From assembly GCF_006345805.1 (NCBI RefSeq), contig NW_021826776.1:1-11911 (forward strand): a DNA stretch of 11,911 bases, read 5' to 3'. Both the position numbers and the translations under genes were made by a program. Origin of the DNA: Octopus sinensis. Its lineage: Eukaryota. Each line of letters opens with the position of its first letter. Position 1 is the first letter of the stretch. The notes under the pieces are model-generated. The model had not been told where the DNA came from. It searched no databases and saw nothing but the letters and a program-made list of their open reading frames with translations. This document shows positions 1-8,029 of the stretch, piece by piece.

Positions 1-215
1 ACACTAATTTGGAAATTAAAAGACGAAAATGTCTAATATTCAATATGCGGATCAATTATCAGAAATGCTCGCCCCTATAAAGGTGGTATTCCTTTTCTTT
101 ATTTATATATTATAGGATCTATCGAAATCCTAAAATGCCGAACTGCTTAACTTAACAAATGCAATGAATTATTGATTAGTTGCTCTTATTATAAAAAGAA
201 AACATTTTCAAAACT
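1..215 (+). mobile_element. Decayed 3' end of a Penelope-like retroelement ORF (GIY-YIG endonuclease C-terminal region)
   Basis: Frame 1 reads TLIWKLKDENV*YSICGSIIRNARPYKGG...ILKCRTA*LNKCNELLISCSYYKKK with two in-frame stops. This matches the recalled PLE endonuclease C-terminal pattern IW-LK--N--Y-I-W-I---A-PY--G...LNKR-EL---C-H--K (Naiad/Neptune-like). It is truncated by the window edge. Confidence 0.7.
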
Positions 216-442
216 CGCCACACCCAGTGTAGAAGTGGAATTTGATGCTTTTGCAAATTATTATCTTGTAAGTATCTGATCTATTTACTTAGTGGAAGTA
301 ATTGCAGATTCAAAGTTTACTGTTTTCTTTCTTTTTGCACAAGTATTTGTGTTTCTATAATTATTCACTTACATTTAAATATAAGTGAATGCGTATAATG
401 TATTTATCAGTGTCCAAGAAAATGAGTGTGTGGGTGAGCGTT

Positions 443-537
443 CGTGCGCGCGCGTGTGTGTGTGTGCGTTCGTGTACACGTGTGCGCGTGAGTGTGTTTG
501 TTGTATGTATGTATGCATTTATATAAATATGTGTGCG

Positions 538-623
<86 letters not shown>

Positions 624-720
624 ATGTATATGTATGAATAAGTGTGTCTCTGTCAGTGGGTCTATCTATACGTATGTGTACACAGACACACACACACACA
701 CACATATATATAGATATACA
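443..720. repeat. Compound microsatellite (GC/GT)n, (TA)n about 538-615, (CA)n
   Basis: Read directly. It includes an alternating purine-pyrimidine run at 443-469 and explains ORF 385..738. Confidence 0.97.
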
Positions 721-1261
721 TATGTATTTATTATGTGAGTGTGTGCATGCGTGCTTGAATGTGTTTGAACGCGTAAATATGTGCTTAAGTGCGTGTATTT
801 ATTGATAATTAAACATTTCAAATTGTCTTAATCTTACGAAAGCTAATACTTATTAAACAGAATAATATAAAAACGATTGAATATCAAAAACCAACAAAAC
901 CTATAAAAAATAATGTTATTTTATAATAAATACTTTAATTAAACAAAGAATATGAAAATCTATTATTTTGTTACTAATAATTTATATTTGATAAAAACAC
1001 GTAATTATTAAAATAATGATTAAAATATCGAAGTTAATGTAGAAGACAATAACCGTTGCATCAACAAAATACAGCAGGAGAATAAATATAAAAACAATTA
1101 AATAAATAATAAAAATTGGGTTTATCATAATAAAAAAAAACGGTTCTGATTATGAAACTCTAAGAATAGACGTAATAGAACGTGGCTGAAAGAACGAGTC
1201 TTTGGATACAAACTTAAAGGATAAAAATTCTTATTGGCTTACATAAGATTTATCAATCTAT

Positions 1262-1320
1262 AGGTGTATGTGCGTGTACGTGCATATACGTATGCGTGTA
1301 TGTGTATGCGTGTGTGTATA
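1262..1320. repeat. Imperfect (TG/TA)n microsatellite
   Basis: Degenerate GTAT/GTGT/GCGT units read directly. Confidence 0.8.
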
Positions 1321-1520
1321 TGGTTGCGTTAAATTTCGTTCTTATCTCTGAGAAAAAGGGACTCAAAGATATGAAAGAAAATCTATATTTATGGAATTTT
1401 AGACGGAGAAAACATGACAAATGCATTGATATAATAAACGAGGATCTATAATACGTGCAAGAAATAAATATTCAGAATGCATTGTACGGACGTGTATGCA
1501 TGTATGTGTATGTATAGAGC

Positions 1521-1536
1521 TATCTATCTACCTACG

Positions 1537-1614
<78 letters not shown>

Positions 1615-1624
1615 CTATCTATCT

Positions 1625-1685
<61 letters not shown>

Positions 1686-1698
1686 ATATAGATATATA
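1521..1698. repeat. (ATCT)n about 1521-1625 followed by imperfect (TA)n
   Basis: Read directly. It explains ORF 1477..1719 and the low-complexity C-terminal part of 1619..1828. Confidence 0.97.
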
Positions 1699-1699
1699 A

Positions 1700-1862
1700 C
1701 GGGAAGTTTACGAAAATAAACAAAAGACGAAGGCAGGTGGAGTACAAACAAACAAATGTATTAGTATGGCGCTCAGAAAGAGAATAGAACAAGTCTTTTA
1801 CTTTTTCGTCGAGCCAACGCTCTTCCAAAGATACCAGAAAAAAAAGGAGAGAAAAAAAAAAT
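1700..1862 (-). repeat. Unclassified dispersed repeat, copy 1 (hammerhead-like relic; possibly PLE-derived)
   Basis: Aligns by eye with 6141-6295 (AGGTG...ACAA-CAA-ATG-ATTAG...G-CGCT...TTTC-GAGC-----GCTCTT followed by an A/G-rich tract). Strand is assigned from the hammerhead-like motif. Confidence 0.55.
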
Positions 1863-1896
1863 ACGTGTAGGAGCTAACGATCTAACTGGGCGTTCA

Positions 1897-1912
1897 ATAT
1901 ATAATATATATA

Positions 1913-1944
<32 letters not shown>

Positions 1945-1972
1945 TATTATATATATTATATATATATATATA
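1897..1972. repeat. Imperfect (TA)n microsatellite, left flank of the inverted-duplication structure
   Basis: Read directly. Confidence 0.97.
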
Positions 1973-1974
1973 CA

Positions 1975-2210
1975 ACATTTATAAAAGGCTTAGTAAATAA
2001 ATTACATTGCCACATACTGAACTCATTAAAATAGCAGCTAAAAAATTTTTTTTAAAACTATTTCTAATACTTAAAGAAAATCTCTCTCAGATAGTGTTTG
2101 CTCAAACCAACTCACGAAGGTATGGGGGTAAAGACATTAAAAAATCACAAATGCAAAGGTTATTTGAGAACGTACGTTTCTAGATTAGTCAAATCGACAT
2201 TTCTTTCGTT
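1975..2210 (+). repeat. Inverted-repeat arm A (pairs with 2526-2764)
   Basis: Manual reverse-complement alignment: 2065-2210 is an exact reverse complement of 2526-2671 (146 bp). 1975-2064 matches 2672-2764 with about 8 small differences, mostly 1-bp indels. Confidence 0.97.
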
Positions 2211-2386
2211 AGCTCAGAACTCCTTGATTCGGATTTGGGAACACTGAAAGTGGGAGCATACCCTTTTGGCTTCTTATCACCTCCTGAGATCCGCTCGAAA
2301 CTAACAGTGCTGACAAATTCAAAATATGCAAGCGAAGAATTTCTGCTCTCCCCTTTCCACCAGCGTGGGTTAAAATTGGCAAACAC
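2189..2386 (-). other. Candidate terminal coding exon / open frame (FANFNPRWWKGESRNSS...SELTKEMSI*), unidentified
   Basis: Open frame in GC-richer unique DNA. A possible acceptor (tttctctctgtttaatgcttcggtttttcaccgataaaacatag|TG) lies at its start. No recognisable domain, and overlapping frames on both strands are also open. Confidence 0.2.
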
Positions 2387-2434
2387 TATGTTTTATCGGT
2401 GAAAAACCGAAGCATTAAACAGAGAGAAATGAAT

Positions 2435-2527
2435 TATAATTTCAACAATTGAGGGTAAAATTAATTAATTATTAATCAATTTCACCAAGTATTCAGTATG
2501 TAAAGGGACCATTTAAGGCGAATTCAA
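2435..2527 (+). repeat. Inverted-repeat arm B (pairs with 2771-2861)
   Basis: The reverse complement of 2771-2861 matches with four 1-bp indels and no substitutions. Confidence 0.95.
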
Positions 2528-2764
2528 CGAAAGAAATGTCGATTTGACTAATCTAGAAACGTACGTTCTCAAATAACCTTTGCATTTGTGATTTTTTAAT
2601 GTCTTTACCCCCATACCTTCGTGAGTTGGTTTGAGCAAACACTATCTGAGAGAGATTTTCTTTAAGTATTATAAATAGTTTTAAAAAATTTTTTAGCTGC
2701 TATTTCTAATGAGTTCAGTTATGTGGCAAAGTAATTTATTTTACTAAGCCCTTTTATATAATGT
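2526..2764 (-). repeat. Inverted-repeat arm A' (reverse complement of 1975-2210)
   Basis: See arm A. It overlaps arm B by 2 nt (AA, 2526-2527). Confidence 0.97.
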
Positions 2765-2770
2765 AATATT

Positions 2771-2861
2771 TTGAATTCGCCTTAAATGGTCCTTTACTAC
2801 TGAATACTTGGTGAAAATTGATTAATAATTAATTAATTTTACCCTCAATTGTTGAATTATA
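2771..2861 (-). repeat. Inverted-repeat arm B' (reverse complement of 2435-2527)
   Basis: See arm B. It runs directly into (TA)n. Confidence 0.95.
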
Positions 2862-3095
2862 TATATATATAATATATTATATATATATATATCTAAAAGA
2901 TGAACTTACTTGGAAATGGATGCTTGGCGTCCAATCATATAACATAAATGATATATATATATATATTTTTATGCATATATACATACATTACATACATATA
3001 TAGTACATCTATATAATATATATGTGTGTGGTGTGTGTGTGTTGTGTGTGTGTGTGTGTGTGTATGTGTGTGTGTTTGTGTGTGTGTGTGTGTAT
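2858..3095. repeat. (TA)n 2858-2892, then TA/TACA-rich and (TG)n tracts about 2950-3095
   Basis: Read directly. It explains most of ORF 2935..3150. Confidence 0.93.
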
Positions 3096-3505
3096 GGGTA
3101 CAAGACGTCACAAAATGTAAACAATATGAAATACGAAGATAAATTTGCAACGTCTAACAGCCTGCTTCGCAGAGTCTGACGAGCTCCTCAGACTGGCAGT
3201 CAGCTTAAGAAGATCGAAGCTATCCACCATCTCACAGGTTAGAAAACTCACCGTCACCAATGAGACAGAACTGAAGACAGTCCACCAGTTCAGTTTCAAA
3301 CATCAGGATTGACAGCGGTTGGCAACAATCAAGCGAAGGCAAACAGTATATTTACTTCGCCATAAAGAAGCATCTGGATGCTTCTGTGTAGTCTGAGGGA
3401 AAACATTAAAAAAAAAAACTGAACAGAGAAGCGTTGTACTGATCGTTCTACTGCATAATTCCGACGCATGGCTGCATAATTCCGAAACTACAATTCCTTG
3501 GGGGT

Positions 3506-3679
3506 TTATATTAACGCTGCCTCCACACAGTCCTCAATATCCACTGGAGTAATTTTATTACTAGCATTGATATCCTCGAACAAACAGCAATCACTTGCAT
3601 CGAGGTTACGTTGCTTGAATATTTTGGTAATTTCTTCACTTTGGCTTCCTAAATTACAATCATTCTTGCCACTGTCAAG
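3506..3679 (-). other. Candidate coding fragment / terminal exon (LDSGKNDCNLGSQSEEITKIFKQRNLDASDCCLFEDINASNKITPVDIEDCVEAALI*), unidentified
   Basis: 57-codon stop-to-stop frame with protein-like acidic composition and no ATG. A possible acceptor cttgacag| lies at 3672/3671. No recognised homolog. Confidence 0.25.
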
Positions 3680-4734
3680 TTACGAAAGATTGGATCGTTT
3701 GATGAGCATGTGCAGCATCCATGGATATTCTGTCCGTTAACTGGCGTCCAAGTCTTTACTTAGCCGTTGTTCTTGTTTGATGACAATATTTAGATTTATA
3801 TTTTAATGCTGGAATCTCGAAATGGCATTGCAAACAAGAGGTGTCAATCGATCAGAATGTCCATACTAACAAGATGATAACTGCGTTATGGTCCATAAAC
3901 AGCTTTGAAGAAAAAAAAATCAATTCTTTCTTTAAATAAATAACTAAGAAGCATAAGAATCCCATTGTTCTGAGAGAATTCTGACCAAACATAGAAACAC
4001 ACATCTCACTTCTTTCGGAAGCGGTAATAAATGAAATTTATAGGAAATGCGCATTCGAAATAGCTTTGCAATTAGGATTTAGATTAGATGCGCTGAATAA
4101 AATAAGTATAGCATTCTATCAACTGTCAAACCCTCCTGAGATTTTCAAGCTTGCATCTTAAATTGCTAACGACAGGAAATTTCTCAAACAAATTCACCCG
4201 ATTGTTTATTTTAACGTCTAGAGTTCAGCTTCGGCAAATATTTCATGGAATTCTGTAGACGTAAGGAAACAAGCTCCGGCTAAGGACAAATATTGTTAGC
4301 ATTTGGAAAGTTTCTCAGTTTCAAAAGAAGAAACTAAGAAGTCCACACACCAAAAAAGAAAACAAATCCAAAGACAATAGAAAAATAATAAAAAAGGATT
4401 TTGAGCAAAAACAGAAAAAAGAAAATAAGTGCGATTTATTACGTAATTCTGTAGTGTTGGATTTCTTTGAGCATCGCAAGGGTTTTGTTGGAATTGAACA
4501 GTTTCATGGCCAGTTAGCATTTTCATCGGAAAGTTTGTGCAAATATTTGAGGAGAATGGTTTAGTATTGTTGTAAGACGTCTGTGATTTATATTTGCAGC
4601 CTCCTTCTTATGGTATCATAAGATTTTGTGACTGGAAAAAGGCAACGATGATAGATTTAAGAAAATAGAAAGGAAATCATATTACATCAGTAAAGAATGT
4701 TTTAATTGTTCCAGCTTAGATTACTTAGATTAGA

Positions 4735-5017
4735 TAAAAAGAAATGAGATAGAGAGATAAAGAGAGTAAATGAAAGGAAGATGGTTAATAGTGAGAAACT
4801 TTTAGGAAGAAGAAGAATGAAATAGGCAGACATAAGTGATGAAAGAGAGCGAAGAGAGCAAACATATGTGAATGAAGACAGAGAAGGAAAAACAATTAGA
4901 GAGACAGAGGCAGAGAGAGAGAGAGAGAAGGAGAGAAAGAGAGAGAGAGGGAGAGGGAGAGGGAGGGAGAGGGAGAGAAAGAGAGAGAGAGAGGGAGAGA
5001 AAGAGAGAGAGAGAAAA
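4735..5017 (+). repeat. Purine-rich (GA)n low-complexity tract; pure purine 4912-5017
   Basis: Read directly. It explains ORFs 4702..5160 and 4868..5065. Confidence 0.95.
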
Positions 5018-5749
5018 CCGTTAAAGATGGTTGTCTTCGATATTTGTTGTCTCTTTAGAGTATAACTTGGATATTTTAAGAAAGTATCTCCTTTGAGTTT
5101 AGAAACTGGAAGATTCGATAAGTTTACACAAATAACGTCTGATTCCTTATGAACAAACAACAGACTGGAGGAACATAGAACGCTAATGCCATTGGCATTG
5201 GTTGGTACCGATGGGCTGGGGTTCGAATCAGAAATATTTCAGAGGGGTCAATAGTTTTGGACTATTTTGGAAAATCTTTTCTCTGTGGTTACTTTGGCCA
5301 TTATAATATTTGACCAAATTAGAATATATCTGATCGAATTTCTGCTACCTTTTTCAGAAACTCTGTTACCTTCTCCCCAAATACGTGACGATGGCTAAGA
5401 CAATATAACACACTGACACTGGACATTTCTATTTCTTTATGCAATATAAGAAAATATTGAATGGTAATTTCTTTCCGGGCGTTTCCCCCGTGTTTTTATT
5501 GAAGCTCATATTATTCCAAGTAGATGTTCACAAGAGGCAACAATAGCACCGATCTCTTCTGTGTCGGAAGGCTTGCATCAATCATACCCACTTCCTCCAC
5601 CCCACCAACCTGTCAACTGATTTGCAAATAAAATAAATAAATATATAAATTGAAGATCTTCGGTTGAAAATATTACAAGTCATTACTCTGAATCGTACAA
5701 ACTTAGATTTATTTTTAAATTAGCATTTACACAAGCATAAATACATATA

Positions 5750-5805
5750 ACTTATACACACGCACAGACACAACACACACACACACAGATACACATACGC
5801 ACACA
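5750..5805. repeat. Imperfect (CA)n microsatellite
   Basis: Read directly. Confidence 0.85.
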
Positions 5806-5832
5806 TATTTTTGTATATATAATTTGAAATTA

Positions 5833-6140
5833 TGTTGTTGTTTGTTCCTTCTCGAGGCACGCCTGGCTCATAAGGGCCAGTTTCCAGGTTTCCTTGGCCT
5901 ATAGGTTCTCCACCTGGACGGAACACCGGTCCGTCACAGGTGAGCTGCAAGATGCAGGAGGAAAGAGTGAGAGAAAGCTGTGGCGAAAGAGTCAGCAGAA
6001 GTTCGCCATTATTTTCTGCCGGAGCCGCGTGGAGCTTAGGCGCTTCGTTCATAAACACACACATCACCCGGTCTGAGATTCGAACCCGCGATCCCTCGAC
6101 CGCGAGTCCGCTGCTCTAACCACTAGGCCATGTGCTTCCA
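5833..6140 (-). mobile_element. Near full-length tRNA-derived SINE (Pol III A/B boxes, V-domain-like core, AAC-type tail)
   Basis: Minus strand: A box TGGCCTAGTGG (6130-6120), B box GGTTCGAATCT (6087-6077), central CACCTGTGACGGACCGGTGTTCCGTCCAGG resembling the V-SINE core, and a 3' tail AACAAACAACAAC. It matches an abundant octopus SINE as I recall it. Confidence 0.9.
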
Positions 6141-6295
6141 GAGTTCAAAATTATACAGAATCAAAAATACAGAGCTAGGTGATAGGACAACAATCAAGAT
6201 GCATTAGGTTGACGCTTTTTGACTTTTCGAGCCTGCGCTCTTTTTGAGGAAAGAAAAAAAAAACGGAAAGAGGAAAGAAAAAAAGAGAGAGAGAT
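6141..6295 (-). repeat. Unclassified dispersed repeat, copy 2 (hammerhead-like relic)
   Basis: Homologous to 1700-1862. The minus strand keeps GAGC-GCAG-GCTC-GAAA. Confidence 0.5.
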
Positions 6296-6466
6296 ATGCA
6301 GAGGCACATTTCTTTAATATGAATTTGAGCAACCTGACAAAAGTTTATTGCATTTCAGAAGTGTTCAAATAAAAGAATTTCCTATAGATACGACAACTTT
6401 TTAAAATCTAGAAATTGCCAAGTAGCGATAAACCCAGTTCTTTGTCACTTTACATGTTTATCGCAG

Positions 6467-6495
6467 AAATTATGCAGATGAGCCACCGCTAGAAG
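6467..6495 (+). CDS. Candidate 29-nt internal coding exon (x-NYADEPPLE-x); an alternative AG at 6477 gives an 18-nt symmetric exon
   Basis: Acceptor ttctttgtcactttacatgtttatcgcag|, strong donor AAG|GTATGT, locally GC-richer, and only one of three frames open. No transcript evidence. Confidence 0.4.
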
Positions 6496-6781
6496 GTATG
6501 TCACAACATATTTTTAATTAGTGTTTGCGTTTCTTCGAGTGAAATTGTTAATTAATTAATTACTTAATTAACTAAAGTGGATTCCGTGTATCATTATCAG
6601 GAAAATACCTTTAGAAATCAAATGAAGTAATTAGAAAGCATAAATTACTGATTAATAACCGTAGGTTATCGATAATCATATTATAGTAGCAACATAATAG
6701 ATGTTCAATTTATTCAAGAGATTGTTGTTGCTGTCGATGGGAACTGCAGGAACTGAATTGATGTTTTAACAAACACAGCTA

Positions 6782-7060
6782 CCTCCCCCCTCTCTCTCTT
6801 CCTCTCTCTCTCTCTTCCTTCTCTTAGCCTTAGTCTCAACATATACATATTAATGTCGGTGTATGTATGAATGTATGTATGCATGTATCTATATACATAC
6901 ATAATCATACATATATACATACATTCATACATACATAAATACATACATACATACATACGTACATACATACGTACATACATACATACGTACATACATACAT
7001 ACATACGTACACACATACATACATACATACATACATACATACATACATACATACAAACAT
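6782..7060. repeat. (CT)n 6782-6825, then (GTAT)n and long (ATAC)n about 6861-7060
   Basis: Read directly. It explains ORFs 6714..7052 and 6871..7095. Confidence 0.96.
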
Positions 7061-7585
7061 ACTGCTATTTAGTCACATGCCTTCTCCAGTTTTAGAGATG
7101 CATTATTTGTTTTGTTTTCCCCCAAAGTGCTCAACGAATGTTCATATCATCAATTATTTGGCGCTATGACGTAAAATCAATCTATAAAATGAAAGAATAT
7201 AGCGACAGAGTCAATTTATGACACGTGATATAGAGGAAACATTCAAAATCTTACAGCTTAGCAAGTCTGCTATAACAAAAAGTTCTTTTTCGATGAATGT
7301 ATCTCATATCAGGTGGCATAAAATAAAAAGGTGACATCCTTCCGTGGCAAGAAATAGAAAACTACTAATTCTGCTGCGTTAGTTATAAAACTCCTCGGAA
7401 CTGAAAATTTTGCATGGATTCAGATGAAAATATTTACCTCAAAAGACACGAAATGAACGGAATAATTAATTAGTCTTAGCAACGTAATTTCCACAAATAT
7501 TTGTATAAATTACAAGTTATTTCGGGTTATGACTTGGAAATTATACGGTAAGGGATTATACGGATAGATTTAACTTCTGTTACAG

Positions 7586-7603
7586 GATATGAAGAAAATA
7601 TAC
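7586..7603 (+). CDS. Candidate 18-nt phase-1 microexon (G-YEENI), or start of a terminal exon with stop at 7621-7623
   Basis: Acceptor tttaacttctgttacag|, donor TAC|GTGAGA, phase-compatible with 6467-6495. Weak; could be chance. Confidence 0.25.
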
Positions 7604-8029
7604 GTGAGATATCTTCACCTTGAAAACTCTCTCCAAGAGTTCACTCATAGATGCTTAGAATTATTCCCATGTTAAAGTTTCTCACATCCTTCACCAATTC
7701 TCTATATGATGTGTGAGTTGACTTTCAGCCGGTTTTTATGTCTAGCTGGTAATGTGAGGTGGTCGACAAACTTCTTAACGCGTAGTTCGGTCAAAATATT
7801 ATCTTAAGAACTGTAGAATTTCATTTAGAATGTTTCTTGCCCAGGTCGCCGATGTAGGCAATAAATTACTGTCAAGTCATCGCACACATTGCCGGAAGCA
7901 ATTAGCATGTGGCTTAGTTGCCGCGTCACACCAACGAGCGGCCTTTTCTCTCTTTATTTATTAGCTCTAACAATGCACTCCGTGTCTCACTGCGAAGAAA
8001 TGTTGGAGTGCCATTTTCAGGGCTAGCAT

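Noticed and set aside
1975-2861. MITE / TIR DNA transposon interpretation of the inverted repeats
   Set aside because: The arms are crossed rather than terminal, and the reconstructed unit has only 5 bp of terminal complementarity.
3110-3300. Resemblance to an RTE apurinic-endonuclease N-terminus; ORF 3108..3299
   Set aside because: Only about 12 nt match; the NV-L and QE/SE motifs could not be recovered in any frame.
2925-3751. TGGCGTCCAA at 2925 and 3742, with a variant at 1887
   Set aside because: A repeated 10-mer in 12 kb is expected by chance, and the spacing and flanks are unrelated.
4265-4564. 99-codon ATG-less Lys-rich open frame on the plus strand (and ORF 4296..4526 on the minus strand)
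   Set aside because: It is largely due to an A-rich, T-poor low-complexity stretch; no domain or convincing splice sites.
5185-5229. Small palindrome AATGCCA-T-TGGCATT and a B-box-like GGGTTCGAATC
   Set aside because: The A-box-like word is too close to the B box and there is no SINE body or tRNA fold; the short palindrome is within chance.
5720-6076. ORFs 5720..6067 (-) and 5894..6076 (+)
   Set aside because: They lie over the SINE and adjacent (CA)n; chance frames in a non-coding element.
6070-6140. Possible tRNA gene
   Set aside because: A and B boxes are present, but there is no convincing acceptor stem or cloverleaf and the sequence continues into a SINE body and tail.
7602-7634. Minus-strand GESFQGEDISR resembling the RT motif G-FQGD-LSP
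   Set aside because: Isolated weak match with no flanking RT motifs (no DY-KAFD or YMDD).
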